From contig CAXXDN010000001.1 of assembly GCA_963667465.2 (NCBI GenBank), positions 1 to 64,000 on the forward strand: DNA of 64,000 nucleotides, given 5' to 3'. The translations under genes and the position numbers were made by a program. This document shows positions 51,124 to 63,633 of the stretch, piece after piece (the first letter of the stretch is position 1; every line of letters starts with the position of its first letter). The notes under the pieces were generated by a model. That model made no database searches, was not told where the DNA came from, and was given only the letters and a program-made list of their open reading frames with translations. The DNA is from Dehalococcoidia bacterium. GTDB taxonomy: Bacteria; Chloroflexota; Dehalococcoidia; UBA2979.

Positions 51124-52052
51124 GGCGTATCGCCCTTCCCCGCCGGCGCGGCCCCGGAGGCCTGCTCGGCGGCGTGGTAGGAGCTGCGCACCAGCGGTCC
51201 GCACTCGGCGTGCCGGAAGCCGATGGCGTGCGCGTAGTCCGCGATCTCGGCGAACTCGTCCGGGTGCCAGAAGCGCTTGACCGGCAGGTGCTTCAGCGAG
51301 GGCCGCAGGTACTGCCCCACGGTCAGCAGGTCGCAGCCGTGCTCGCGCAGGTCGTCCAGCACCTGCTTCACCTCGTCCAGCGTCTCGCCGAGGCCGACCA
51401 TGATGCCGGACTTGGTTGTCAGCTCCGGGTCGATCTCCTTGACGCGGCGGATCAGCTCGAGCGAGCGCCGGTAGCGCGCCTTCGGGCGCACCCGCCGGTA
51501 GAGCCGCGGCACCGTCTCCGTGTTGTGGTTGAGCACCACCGGCTGCGCCTCGATCACGGTCGCGAGGGCGTCCCGATTGCCCTCGAAGTCCGGGATCAGC
51601 ACCTCCACCTGCGTCTCCGGCAGGCGCCGGCGGATCGCACGGATGCAGCCGGCGAAGACCTCCGCGCCGCCGTCCGGCAGGTCGTCGCGATTGACCGAGG
51701 TGATCACGACGTAGTCGAGGCCCAGCCGCTCGACGGCCTGCGCCAGCCGGAACGGCTCCAGCAGGTCGAGACCCTCGGGGCGGCCGGAGGTGACGTCGCA
51801 GAAGCCGCAGGCGCGCGTGCAGACATCGCCGAGGATCATGAAGGTGGCGGTCCCGGCGTTGAAGCACTCGCCGATGTTCGGGCAGCGCGCCTCCTCGCAG
51901 ACGGTGTGCAGCTCGTTCTCGCGCAGCAGCGACTTGATCTCGGAGAAGCGCTCGCCCGCGGGGAAGCGCGCCTTCAGCCAGCGCGGCTTGCGCGGGAACG
52001 GCTTTTCCATCAGCGGGGCCACTCCGCCGCCCGCGGCGCCGCGCGAGCTCAC
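51120..52052 (-). CDS. lipA: Lipoyl synthase (start 52052 or 52010)
   Basis: [24 protein letters not shown]. Confidence 0.96.
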   Translation of the reverse strand: MSSRGAAGGGVAPLMEKPFPRKPRWLKARFPAGERFSEIKSLLRENELHTVCEEARCPNIGECFNAGTATFMILGDVCTRACGFCDVTSGRPEGLDLLEPFRLAQAVERLGLDYVVITSVNRDDLPDGGAEVFAGCIRAIRRRLPETQVEVLIPDFEGNRDALATVIEAQPVVLNHNTETVPRLYRRVRPKARYRRSLELIRRVKEIDPELTTKSGIMVGLGETLDEVKQVLDDLREHGCDLLTVGQYLRPSLKHLPVKRFWHPDEFAEIADYAHAIGFRHAECGPLVRSSYHAAEQASGAAPAGKGDTP

Positions 52053-52792
52053 GACGCCGCTCCCGCCGCCGCCGGCACGGGCGCGCCCTCTGCCCACGAC
52101 GCCACGATCAGCGTGCAGCCGAACTCGCGCTCGAAGGCCTCGGCGAGCGCGTCTTCGACCTCCTGCAGCGCGGGCGCATCGCCAAGCAGCCGCTCCAGCG
52201 AGGTGGCCTCGATGTCCGGGATGCCGCAGGGGACGATCCGTGCGAACCACTCGAGGCCGGTCGAGACGTTGAGGGCGAGGCCGTGGCTGCTGACACCGCG
52301 GCTGACGCGGACGCCGACGGCGCCAAGCTTCGCGCCGTCCACCCACACGCCGGGGCGACCTCGCACCCGCTCGGCCTGTACGCCGAAGCGCGCGGCCGCC
52401 TCGATCATGATCGCCTCGAGGGCGCGGACGTAGCTCGCCACGCCCATGCCGCGCCCGCGCAGGTTGAGAATCGGATAGGCGACGAGCTGGCCCGGGCCAT
52501 GGAAGGTCACGTTGCCGCCGCGGTCGGTCTGGACCACCTCCGCGCCAAACGCGGCCAGCGCCTGCGGCGAGGCGAGCAGGTGGCTGTCGTCGCCGCGCGC
52601 GCCGAGCGTGTAAACCGGCGGGTGTTGCAACAACGCGAGCGCCTCGCCCTCGCTGCCCGCGTACAGGGCGGCGGCGCGGGCGTGCTGCCACTCCAGCGCA
52701 CGCCCGTACTCGACGAGTCCGGGACGCCAGAGGCCCACGACGCCCTCGGGGCGCTCATCGGGCAGCTGCCGGGCGTCTGCCGGAAGGGTCAT
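52049..52792 (-). CDS. lipB: Octanoyltransferase
   Basis: [36 protein letters not shown]. Confidence 0.95.
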   Translation of the reverse strand: MTLPADARQLPDERPEGVVGLWRPGLVEYGRALEWQHARAAALYAGSEGEALALLQHPPVYTLGARGDDSHLLASPQALAAFGAEVVQTDRGGNVTFHGPGQLVAYPILNLRGRGMGVASYVRALEAIMIEAAARFGVQAERVRGRPGVWVDGAKLGAVGVRVSRGVSSHGLALNVSTGLEWFARIVPCGIPDIEATSLERLLGDAPALQEVEDALAEAFEREFGCTLIVASWAEGAPVPAAAGAAS

Positions 52793-52971
52793 GGCGTACC
52801 CCGCCTGTATCCGCCTGCTCCGCGGCGGGAGGCCGCAAGTCACGCAGGCGACCGTTCCAGTATATGAACAGCACAGGGAGCTGCGCAGGCGGCGTCTGCC
52901 GATCGCAGCGTCCGCTATGCTCCGAGGCGATCGGCGCGCCGACGCGCGCCCCGACGCAAGGCGAGGAAGCG

Positions 52972-53955
52972 ATGCAGATCAGCCCATCCGTGCGCGCCGC
53001 AATGGTGCCGGACGAGAACGTGATGCACCCCGACTTCACGTCGATCTACCTCGTCGGTCCACAGGGCGGCCAGTCACTCACGATCGACTCCGGCGAGGCG
53101 ATCGAGCGCTACCAGTGGTTCCTGCGCGGCTACCTCGCGGCGACCGAGCACGCCGAGATCGGCGTCGCCACGATCACCCACCACCACGCCGATCATTCGG
53201 GCAACCTCAAGTGGGCGAAGGAGTTCCTCGACGCCGAGATCTCGATCCCGAAGGGCGGGCGGCGGCTGCTCAAGGGCCGCATCCCCCGCCAGGTCAACCA
53301 GTTGGCCGATGGCGACGTGCTGGACATGGGCAGCGGCGTGCGCCTGGAGGTGCTCGCGACGCCCGGCCACAGCGTCGATTCGCTCTGCTACTACCTGGAG
53401 GACGAGGGCGTGCTGTTCACCGGCGACACGCTGCTCGGCTCCTCGACGACGACAGTCGGGGACCTCGGGGCGTACCGGCGCAGCCTCGAGCGGCTGCTGG
53501 AGCTGCCGAACCTGAAGGTGATCTGCCCCGGCCACGGCAAGATCGTGAACGACCCACGCGAGCGCCTCCAGCTGTACGTCGACCACCGCAACCTGCGTGA
53601 GCAGCAGATCATCGAGGTGCTCAAGGGCGGGGAACAGCTCAGCAGCTGGGACATCATGCTGCGCGTCTACGGCGACGAGATCGACACCCGCCTGCGCCGC
53701 GCCGCCGACGGGAACGTGCGCAGCCACCTCGATCAGCTCCGCGACGAAGGCCGCATCACCGAGTACGAGGGCAAACCGAAGCGCGCCCGCAGCAAGCAGG
53801 CAGTCGAGCACGAGCATGAACACGAGCGCGAGCGAGACCGCATCCTCCGCGAGGCGAGGCGCATCAATGCAGCGCGCAGTCGCGAGGAAATCCGCCGCCA
53901 GGAGAACCCGCCGAGCGAGCAGTGGTCGAAGCCGCCACTCTACGAACTCGTCTAG
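52972..53955 (+). CDS. MBL-fold metallo-hydrolase with C-terminal winged helix (LACTB2-like)
   Basis: THHHADHSG, TPGHS, FTGD, ICPGHG. Confidence 0.88.
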   Translation: MQISPSVRAAMVPDENVMHPDFTSIYLVGPQGGQSLTIDSGEAIERYQWFLRGYLAATEHAEIGVATITHHHADHSGNLKWAKEFLDAEISIPKGGRRLLKGRIPRQVNQLADGDVLDMGSGVRLEVLATPGHSVDSLCYYLEDEGVLFTGDTLLGSSTTTVGDLGAYRRSLERLLELPNLKVICPGHGKIVNDPRERLQLYVDHRNLREQQIIEVLKGGEQLSSWDIMLRVYGDEIDTRLRRAADGNVRSHLDQLRDEGRITEYEGKPKRARSKQAVEHEHEHERERDRILREARRINAARSREEIRRQENPPSEQWSKPPLYELV

Positions 53956-54183
53956 CTACGCGACGGGCAGTTGCTCGACAAGCTCATCCGGATCTCGGCC
54001 GCGCAGGCGCCGGAGATAGCCGCGGTACCTCTCGAACGGAGCCGCGCCGACTTCCCGACGGATCTGCCAACCACCGGCGTCTTCGGTGAATGCGAGTCCG
54101 TCGCCCGGACGCAGGCCGAGGCGTGCCCGCACCTGCTTCGGGATCCTGATCCTGCCGCGGCTGGTGACTTGGGCCGTGGTCAT
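53956..54183 (-). CDS. AbrB/MazE/SpoVT-family antitoxin-like protein (orphan)
   Basis: VTSRGRIRIPKQVRARLGLRPGDGLAF. Confidence 0.82.
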   Translation of the reverse strand: MTTAQVTSRGRIRIPKQVRARLGLRPGDGLAFTEDAGGWQIRREVGAAPFERYRGYLRRLRGRDPDELVEQLPVA

Positions 54184-54222
54184 CGGGGCGCTCCGCGTCT
54201 GGGCCTGCTGCGGACGATCAAC

Positions 54223-55185
54223 TTACCCCAGCCGCCGCAGCTTCTTGATGCTGCGCAGCTCCCGAGGCGGGTCGAGGTGGCGGCCGCGGATCGTGTAGGA
54301 GACCTCGGCGACGTAGATGTCACCCCGCGAGTCTACCGCCATCCCGTGCGGCGCGATGAAGCGCCCCGCTTCCTCGCCCTCCTCCGGGTCGCCGAGGCGC
54401 GCGAGCAGCTCTCCCTCGCGACTGTAGATGCTGACGCGGTGCCCGACGCCGGCGGCGCCGGCCATGAGCGCGACGCCGTTCAGCTCGCCGACGTAGAGCA
54501 GGCCGTCGCCGCCCATCGTGATGCCGCAGGGGCGGTGGATGTTGTTCCACATCGCGAGCTGCCCGCCCTCGCGGTCGAAGACCTGGATCCGATGGCTCTC
54601 GCGGTCCGCGACGTAGATCCGATCCGCTTCGTCGATCGCGAGGTTGTGCGGGACCATGAACTGCCCGGCATCGACGCCTGGCGAGCCCCACGACAGCTCC
54701 AGCTCGCCCTCGGCGGAGTAGCGGTGGACGCGCGCGTTGCCGTACCCGTCGCTGATGAAGATCGAGCCGTCGTGCGAGGACACGACGGCGTCCGTGGGCC
54801 GGTTGAACGGTTCGCCGCTGTGCCGCTCCGAGGACACTCCCGGCTCCCCGATGGTGAGCAGGAGCTCGCCCTCACGCGTCCACTTCGTGATCGTGTGCGA
54901 GCCGTCGTCGGCGCAGTAGAGGAAGCCATCGGGCCCGACGCCGACGGCGTGCGTACGATCCGTGAACACGCCCTCGCCGAAGCTGCGCAGGACGTTCCCG
55001 CCGGGATCGAAGACGATCAGCGGGTTCGAGGTGTTCCTCGTCAGCACGTAGACGCGGTCCTCGGCGTCGACTGCGACGCCGGCGCACTCGTGGAGGGTCA
55101 TGCCGTCGGGCAGCTGCTCCCACGTCGCCAGCGCCTCGTAGCGGAACGTCCCGGCCCCAAATTCAACCGACCCTGCGCTGACCAT
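54223..55185 (-). CDS. NHL-repeat protein (peptidyl-alpha-hydroxyglycine lyase-like)
   Basis: FNRPTD, ISDGYGNARVH, FMVPHNLAID, YVADRESHRIQVFD. Confidence 0.88.
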   Translation of the reverse strand: MVSAGSVEFGAGTFRYEALATWEQLPDGMTLHECAGVAVDAEDRVYVLTRNTSNPLIVFDPGGNVLRSFGEGVFTDRTHAVGVGPDGFLYCADDGSHTITKWTREGELLLTIGEPGVSSERHSGEPFNRPTDAVVSSHDGSIFISDGYGNARVHRYSAEGELELSWGSPGVDAGQFMVPHNLAIDEADRIYVADRESHRIQVFDREGGQLAMWNNIHRPCGITMGGDGLLYVGELNGVALMAGAAGVGHRVSIYSREGELLARLGDPEEGEEAGRFIAPHGMAVDSRGDIYVAEVSYTIRGRHLDPPRELRSIKKLRRLG

Positions 55186-55407
55186 GCCGCACCCCCTCGC
55201 CTCAGTCGCAAGTATCGCACCGCGGGAAGCCGCGGCGAGCGGCGGGCAGCCGACGCCCCCACCCGAGCCGCCGCAATTCCCTGATGCCACGTAGCTCGCG
55301 CGGCGGCTCAGGTGGCGGCCGCAGTGGTGCCCACGCGGCGTCCAACTTACGCTCAAGTTAGCCGCGCTTTGCGAAACTGCCACAAGGCCACGGGACCTCG
55401 CGCGCAG

Positions 55408-57807
55408 ATGAGGATGGCAATGCTGGTACGAGTCGCGCGCTGGTGCTTCCACAACCCCCGCAAGACCGTGGCCGCCTGGGTCGCGGTCGTCCTCGTGACG
55501 TTCGCGGCGGCCGCCGTCGTCGGTCCCTCGTTCTTCGCGCAACTCGAGGCCCCGGAGTCGGACAGCCGTGACGGATTCGCGGTGCTCGAGGAGCACTTCG
55601 GCGGCGTCGGCAGCGGCCTCAGCGGCTCGATCGTCTTCCGCTCCGAGTCCGGTATCGACGATCCGGCTGTGCGGGCGGCGATGGAGGCGATGTTCGGTCA
55701 GGTCGACGCCTACGAGGGCGTGAGCGTCACCAGCCCGTACCAGGCCACGCCTCCGCCCCCGGATGCACCGCAGCAGCAGTCCCGGAGCCTGCCCCACGCG
55801 CCCGGCCGTCCCCAGGTCAGCGCGGACGGGCTGGTCGCGTTCGCCAGCATCGACCTCGCGCCGGACATGGACTTCAACCAGACGTCCGCACTGGGCGGGG
55901 ACTTCGCCGACCTCGTGCCCGAGCTGCCCGGGCTGACGATCGAGATCGGCGGCGAGGCGCTCAGCGAGTTCGAGCCGCCGCAGTCGGAGTTCATCGGGCT
56001 GGCGTTCGCCGTCGTGGTGCTGATTCTCGCCTTCGGTTCCGTGATGGCGATGGGCCTGCCGATCGCGATCGCGGCGGCCGGCGTCGGCTTCGGCCTCGGC
56101 CTGGCCATCATCCTCTCCAACGTGCTGTCGATCCCCGAGTTCGCGACGACGATCGGCGCGATGATCGGCATCGGCGTCGGCATCGACTACGCGCTGTTCA
56201 TCGTGACCCGCTACCGCGACGGCCTCGCCGAGGATGGCGCGGTTGAGCCCTCGATCTTCCTTGCCATGGACACCGCCGGACGGGCGGTCATCTTCGCCGG
56301 GTTGACGGTGGTGATCTCGCTGCTCGGCATGCTCTTCATGGGCCTGCCGTTCATCACCGGGCTCGCGGTTGCCGCGGCGATCCCGGTCGCCGCCACGATG
56401 ATCGCCTCGGTCACGCTGTTGCCCGCGCTGCTCGCATTCGCGCGTGAACGGATCGAGGTGACGCGCTGGCGCGGGCTGATCGCTGCCGCGCTGGTTGCGG
56501 TGGCGCTGCTCGGCATCGGCCTCGGCTTCCCGCCGCTGCTGCTCGCCGCCCCGCTCGCCATCGTCGTGCTCCTCGCCGGGTTCGTGGTGCGGCCGCTGCG
56601 CGCGATCGTGCCGAGGCGGCCCCGCACGCCGATGAAGCAGACATTCGCCTGGCGCTGGAGCCGCCTGGTGCAGCGCCACCCGTGGATCGCGCTCGCCGCC
56701 GGCGCCGCGCTGCTGCTCGCGATGGCGTCGCCCGCGCTCTCGCTGCAACTCGGCTTCGCCGACGAAGGCAACTACCCGGAGGAGACCACGACGCGTCGCG
56801 CCTACGACCTCCTCGCCGAGGGCTTCGGGCCGGGCTTCAACGGGCCGCTCCTTGTCACGGTCGAACCGCGGGCCGAGGACGATCGCGCGGTCATCGAGCC
56901 GCTGGTCGCGACCCTCTCCACCAGCGACGGCGTCGCCTCGGTGAATGGCCCGCTGCCGAGCGACTTCGCGAATCCCGCGAACGCAGCCGCGTACATCGTG
57001 CAGGTCTACCCGGCGACCGCTCCGCAGGACCCGGCCACCGCGGATCTTGTCGACCGCCTGCGCGCCGAGGTGATTTCCGCGGCCGTCGAAGGGAGCACGC
57101 TGGCGGTCAACGTCACCGGGTCCGTCCCGCTGGGCGTGGACTTCACGGACTACCTGGCCGCACGCACACCGGTGTTCTTCGCGGCCGTGCTCGTGCTCTC
57201 GTTCCTGCTGTTGCTGATCGTCTTCCGCTCGATCCTGGTGCCGATCAAGGCCGTAGTCATGAACCTGCTCTCGATCGCCGCCGCCTACGGCGTGGTGGCC
57301 GTCGTCTTCCAGCACGGCTGGCTCGGCTCACTGATCGGCGTCGACGCGGGCCCGATCGAGCCGTTCATCCCGATGATGCTGTTCGCCATCGTGTTCGGGC
57401 TCTCGATGGACTACGAGGTGTTCCTGCTCTCGCGAGTGCGCGAGGAGTACGACCGCACCGGGGACCCGGCCGGCTCGGTTGCGGACGGCCTCGCCTCGAC
57501 CGCACGGGTGATCACGGCCGCTGCGGCGATCATGGTCGTCGTCTTCGCCAGCTTCGTGTTCGAGGACAACCGCGGCATCAAGATGTTCGGCCTCGGCCTC
57601 GCCGTCGCCGTGTTCCTCGATGCGACCGTGGTGCGGCTGCTGCTGGTGCCCGCGGCGATGGAGCTGCTGGGCGCGCGCAACTGGTGGGTCCCCGGCTGGC
57701 TCGACCGCAGGTTGCCGCGGCTCACCATCGAGCACGCGCCGGACCTCGATCCGGTCGCCGTGACGGCCGGCAACCCCGCCGACCCTCGAGGGCAGGACCT
57801 GCCCTAG
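55408..57807 (+). CDS. MMPL family (RND) transporter
   Basis: GIGVGIDYALFIVTRYR, TAGRAVIFAG, FGLSMDYEVFLLSRVRE. Confidence 0.93.
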   Translation: MRMAMLVRVARWCFHNPRKTVAAWVAVVLVTFAAAAVVGPSFFAQLEAPESDSRDGFAVLEEHFGGVGSGLSGSIVFRSESGIDDPAVRAAMEAMFGQVDAYEGVSVTSPYQATPPPPDAPQQQSRSLPHAPGRPQVSADGLVAFASIDLAPDMDFNQTSALGGDFADLVPELPGLTIEIGGEALSEFEPPQSEFIGLAFAVVVLILAFGSVMAMGLPIAIAAAGVGFGLGLAIILSNVLSIPEFATTIGAMIGIGVGIDYALFIVTRYRDGLAEDGAVEPSIFLAMDTAGRAVIFAGLTVVISLLGMLFMGLPFITGLAVAAAIPVAATMIASVTLLPALLAFARERIEVTRWRGLIAAALVAVALLGIGLGFPPLLLAAPLAIVVLLAGFVVRPLRAIVPRRPRTPMKQTFAWRWSRLVQRHPWIALAAGAALLLAMASPALSLQLGFADEGNYPEETTTRRAYDLLAEGFGPGFNGPLLVTVEPRAEDDRAVIEPLVATLSTSDGVASVNGPLPSDFANPANAAAYIVQVYPATAPQDPATADLVDRLRAEVISAAVEGSTLAVNVTGSVPLGVDFTDYLAARTPVFFAAVLVLSFLLLLIVFRSILVPIKAVVMNLLSIAAAYGVVAVVFQHGWLGSLIGVDAGPIEPFIPMMLFAIVFGLSMDYEVFLLSRVREEYDRTGDPAGSVADGLASTARVITAAAAIMVVVFASFVFEDNRGIKMFGLGLAVAVFLDATVVRLLLVPAAMELLGARNWWVPGWLDRRLPRLTIEHAPDLDPVAVTAGNPADPRGQDLP

Positions 57808-57825
57808 CAGCCTGCCGCCCCTTAC

Positions 57826-58023
57826 CTACCCCAGCCGCCGCAGCTTCTTGATGCTGCGCAGTTCGCGAGGCGGGTCGAGGTGGCGGCCGCGGATCGTGCA
57901 CGCCGCCTCCGCGACGTAGCTGTCGCCCCGCGAGTCGACGGCGATGCCGTGCGGGGCGATGAAGCGGCCCACCTCCTCGCCCTCCTCGGGGTCGCCGAGG
58001 CGCGCGAGCAGCTCGCCCTCGCG
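57826..58023 (-). pseudogene. Duplicated, diverged 3' fragment of the NHL-repeat gene
   Basis: Aligns with 54223-54420; encodes REGELLARLGDPEEGEEVGRFIAPHG...ELRSIKKLRRLG* with no 5' part. Confidence 0.85.
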
Positions 58024-58073
58024 CAGGGCGCCTGCTCGCGCGAGGCGGCCGCAGGCGCAAAGATGGCAGGCAC

Positions 58074-60002
<1,929 letters not shown>

Positions 60003-60114
60003 CGGACGCGGTCTCCGCACGGCGACCGCAGATCGAGGGCGAGAGGCGGTGGCCGACAGGACAGCGGGGGACACCGTGCGGGACATCGTTGTGGACAGCG
60101 GAACTGGCGAAGAT

Positions 60115-60400
60115 CCAGATTTCACTTGTGACAATTGATAAGTTGGAGGACACTGGAGTGGACAACATGCGGGACATCGACTGATAACGGCGGCTCGACC
60201 TCGTGCGCTGGACGATAGCCCACCCGATCCCCCTGGCCGGGCTTCGCGCTCGGGAACACCCCGCTGCCTCGCTCTACGCCAGCACCACGAACAAGACGCT
60301 GACGCGCGACATCAACTACCTGCGGGACCACAACTTCGTGCGGATCGAGGACGGTCTACTGCGCGCCAACGTCGGCTTGATGAACCAGTTCACGACCTAA
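60115..60400 (+). pseudogene. Remnant resembling the C-terminus of a Fic-family protein
   Basis: LYASTTNKTLTRDINYL...LLRANVGLMNQF; the upstream part is broken by stops. Confidence 0.45.
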
Positions 60401-60488
60401 TGCCGACTGAGCGCGCGACCTTCGACGCATCGACAACCGGCCGGGGCGCCTGGCCCGGCTTGATGCGGAACCGTGAGCGAGGCGATCG

Positions 60489-61217
60489 GTGACGGAACGG
60501 GACAGCGTCCGCGTCGGCGATACGGTCATCGAGTACGAGATTCGCCGCAGCGTGCGGCGCAAGAAGACCGTCCAGATCAGGATCGACGGCGGCGCCGTAC
60601 GGGTCGCAGCGCCCTCGACGACCCCGGACGCCGAGCTGCGGGCGATCGTCCGCGCGCGGGCGCCCTGGATCCTCGAACGCCTCTCCGGGGCGGTCCCGGA
60701 GCCCGCAACGGAACGATTCGTCAGCGGCGAGACGCTGCCGTACCTGGGCCGGCACGTCCCGCTGGTCGTCGAGTGCGGGGAGGCGCCCGCGCCGCAGATC
60801 CGGCTCGACCGCCGAGCCTTCCGGATCGTCGCGCCCGGGAACCTCGAGGCTGGTGAGCGCGAGGAGCAGGTTCGCGGGGCCGTCGTCGCGTGGTACGCGG
60901 CGCGCGCCGCCGAGCGCTTCCCGGCCGGCGTCGAGCGCTGGTGGCCGCGGCTCGGTTGCGGCGAGCCGTCGCGAGTGCTGATCCGCGACCAGCGCCGGCG
61001 TTGGGGGAGCTGCGCCTCGGACGGCACGCTGCGCTTCAGCTGGCGGGGGATGATGCTGGAGCCCGCGCTGATCGACTACATCATCGTCCACGAACTGGCC
61101 CACCTCGCCGTGAAGAACCACTCGCCCGACTTCTGGAAACTGGTCGGCAGCGCGCTGCCCGATGTACAGCAACGGCGCAAGCGGCTGCGCGAGGCCGGGC
61201 GCGCGCTCCCCTTCTGA
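60489..61217 (+). CDS. YgjP/DUF45 (SprT-like) metallopeptidase
   Basis: FVSGETLPYLG, QRRRWGSC, IDYIIVHELAHLAVKNHSPDFW. Confidence 0.9.
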   Translation: MTERDSVRVGDTVIEYEIRRSVRRKKTVQIRIDGGAVRVAAPSTTPDAELRAIVRARAPWILERLSGAVPEPATERFVSGETLPYLGRHVPLVVECGEAPAPQIRLDRRAFRIVAPGNLEAGEREEQVRGAVVAWYAARAAERFPAGVERWWPRLGCGEPSRVLIRDQRRRWGSCASDGTLRFSWRGMMLEPALIDYIIVHELAHLAVKNHSPDFWKLVGSALPDVQQRRKRLREAGRALPF

Positions 61218-61304
61218 CACCCGCCGCCGCGCCCGCGACGCTAGACTGCGCGGAAATGCTCCACAGTCGCCTCGCAGCCGGGGCGCGAGCGAAGGGAGAC
61301 CCCC

Positions 61305-62399
61305 GTGCAGGCCGTCGTGTTCCATGAGCTGGGCAAGCCACCGGCCATCGAGGAGGTCGATCTCGCGCCGCCGAAAGCGCGCGAGGTGCGTGTGAAGGTC
61401 GTCGCCAGCGGGCTCTGCCACTCCGACATCCACCGCCTGCACGGCCACCTGCCCTCGGCCACGCCGATGGTGATGGGCCACGAGGGCTCCGGCGTCGTCG
61501 AGGAGGTCGGCGACGCGGTGACCGACGTCGCGCCCGGCGATCACGTCGTGATCAGCTTCGGTCCCTACTGTGGCGGCTGCGGCGCCTGCAGCGACGGGCG
61601 CTTCAGCAACTGCGAGCGCAAGCTGGCCAACGCCCAGCGCGGCAACCTGTTGGACGGCACCAGCCGGCTCAGCCTCGACGGGCAGCGGATCAGCCACCAG
61701 TCCTCGGTCTCCTCGTTCGCGCAGGAGGCGGTGGTGCATGAGTCGAGCGCAGTGAAGGTGCGCGAGGACGCGCCGCTGGAAACGATCGCGCTGCTCGGCT
61801 GCGGCGCCACCTCGGGCCTCGCGCCGGTCTTCAACGACGCGCAGGTCGAGGCCGGCAGCACCGTCGCCGTGATCGGCGTCGGCGGGCTCGGGCTGAATAC
61901 CGTGCAGGCCTCGGCGCTCTCGGGCGCGCTGACGATCATCGCGATCGACCTGCTCGACCACCGCCTCGAGCAGGCGCGCGAGTTCGGCGCGACGCACGCG
62001 ATCAACGCCGGGGAGCAGGACCCGATCGCCGCGGTGCGGCGCATCAGCGGCGGCGGCGTGGACTACGCCTTCGAGGTGATCGGCCTGCCCGAAACGGTGC
62101 TGCAGGCGATCCAGATGGTGCGACCCGGTGGCGAGACGATCGTCATCGGCGCGCTCTCCGGCGACGCCGTGGTCTCGATTCCGTGGATGGGCATGATGCG
62201 CGGTCCGCTGCGGCGCAGCGGCTTCGGCGCCTCGCGCCCGAACGTCGACATCCCGCGCTACGTGGACCTCTACATGGCCGGCAAGCTGCGCTTCGACGAG
62301 CTGGTGACGGGCCGCTACCCGCTGAGCCGCTTCAACGACGCCGTCGCGGTGATGGAGCGCGGCGAGGGCGTGCGCAACATCATCCACCCCAACGGGTAG
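61305..62399 (+). CDS. Zn-dependent alcohol dehydrogenase (class III-like)
   Basis: GLCHSD, GHEG, CGGCGAC...C, GVGGLG. Confidence 0.93.
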   Translation: MQAVVFHELGKPPAIEEVDLAPPKAREVRVKVVASGLCHSDIHRLHGHLPSATPMVMGHEGSGVVEEVGDAVTDVAPGDHVVISFGPYCGGCGACSDGRFSNCERKLANAQRGNLLDGTSRLSLDGQRISHQSSVSSFAQEAVVHESSAVKVREDAPLETIALLGCGATSGLAPVFNDAQVEAGSTVAVIGVGGLGLNTVQASALSGALTIIAIDLLDHRLEQAREFGATHAINAGEQDPIAAVRRISGGGVDYAFEVIGLPETVLQAIQMVRPGGETIVIGALSGDAVVSIPWMGMMRGPLRRSGFGASRPNVDIPRYVDLYMAGKLRFDELVTGRYPLSRFNDAVAVMERGEGVRNIIHPNG

Positions 62400-62413
62400 C
62401 GGGCCGCGCAGCG

Positions 62414-62590
62414 GTGACCGATCAGCAGTGGGACGAGGCGCCAGACAGCCAGGAAACAGCACCTGACCAGAAACCCGAGACGGGAAGGAGCCTGGCGCGC
62501 GCCATCCGCGCCCGGTTCGCGCCCCTCGGCGGTATCGCCCTGAAGCTCCCGCCCCGCGGACCGATGCGCGAGCCACCCCGCTTCGACTGA
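62414..62590 (+). pseudogene. Fragment of a FitA/plasmid-stabilisation-type antitoxin
   Basis: SLARAIRARFAPLGGIALKLPPRGPMREPPRFD is a typical C-terminus; the N-terminal RHH and the toxin partner are absent. Confidence 0.55.
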
Positions 62591-62616
62591 ACGCGCCGTC
62601 CGGTCCCACCTCCCAC

Positions 62617-62653
62617 CCCCACCCCTCGCCTGCAACCGGCGCTCTGGTAGGCT
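62617..62653 (+). repeat. 37-bp direct repeat, left copy (contains extended -10 TGgTAGGCT)
   Basis: ccccacccctcgcctgcaaccggcgctctggtaggct, identical at 63524-63560. Confidence 0.9.
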
Positions 62654-62662
62654 TTCGGTGAG

Positions 62663-63475
62663 ATGAATCGGTACAAGCAGCGTAGGGTGGGCCGTCGCCT
62701 GCTCGCGGACGTGTTCGCCGACGAGAAGAAGTCTCATCTCCGGTTCATCCACTACTCATGCGAGAGCTTCTACGATCGCTCGGATGGCTCCTCCCCGAGG
62801 ATCACGTCAATCGCTGTCCGGCACCATGCATCAGGTCAGGCACGCTCGTTCTCAATCCACCAAGTGGCCGAGCGGTGCGGCTCTTTGGATGACATCGAGA
62901 AGATTGAGCAGAAATACGACGACTTCGAGCGAACTATGCTCACGGAATTCTTCAAGTACGCGGAGAAGCAACAGGACGCGAAGTGGATTCACTGGAATAT
63001 GCGCGATGCCAACTACGGATTCGCGGCCATCGAGCACCGGCTTCGAGTCCTCGGCGGTGAGCCCTTCGCGGTTCGGGACTCAGACAAGGTCGACCTGTCG
63101 ATTCTGCTATCAGACATCTACGGCCGGGGTCTTGCTCCCCACCCACGCCTCGCGAAACTGGTCGACTTGAACGGACTGACCAAGCGCGACTTTATGACGG
63201 GTAGGGAGGAAGCCCGCGCCTTCGAGGACAAGGAGTACGTGAAGCTGCATCAATCAACGCTGAGAAAGGTCGACTTGATCGCCCGGTTAGCCTCACTCGC
63301 CGCTGCCGGCGAACTCAAGACAGCCTCAACCTGGCGTGAGCAGTACGGTATGAGCATCGCGGGTGGAATCGACACTGCGATGCAAAGCACGACCGGAAAG
63401 GTCTTCTCAGTGATCGGGTGGGGCGTGGGACTGGTTGGGGCAGCTCTCACAATCTGGGCAGTCCTTCTCGACTAA
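62663..63475 (+). CDS. Hypothetical protein, possible degenerate DnaQ/RNase H-like fold with C-terminal TM helix; lower GC
   Basis: FIHYSCESF, WIHWNMRDANYGF, KVDLS, STLRKVD; C-terminal GWGVGLVGAALTIWAVLL; more A/T-ending codons than neighbouring genes. Confidence 0.7.
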   Translation: MNRYKQRRVGRRLLADVFADEKKSHLRFIHYSCESFYDRSDGSSPRITSIAVRHHASGQARSFSIHQVAERCGSLDDIEKIEQKYDDFERTMLTEFFKYAEKQQDAKWIHWNMRDANYGFAAIEHRLRVLGGEPFAVRDSDKVDLSILLSDIYGRGLAPHPRLAKLVDLNGLTKRDFMTGREEARAFEDKEYVKLHQSTLRKVDLIARLASLAAAGELKTASTWREQYGMSIAGGIDTAMQSTTGKVFSVIGWGVGLVGAALTIWAVLLD

Positions 63476-63523
63476 CGTATCACCCGGTCGCTGCGCGTGA
63501 AGCGCCGACTCGTGACTCACCCA

Positions 63524-63560
63524 CCCCACCCCTCGCCTGCAACCGGCGCTCTGGTAGGCT
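63524..63560 (+). repeat. 37-bp direct repeat, right copy
   Basis: Identical to 62617-62653. Confidence 0.9.
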
Positions 63561-63633
63561 GGCGTCCCGCGACGCGGCTACCGAGGCATGCGAGCGTGAT
63601 ACCAGGCAACACGATGCACGGGAGAGGCAACAG

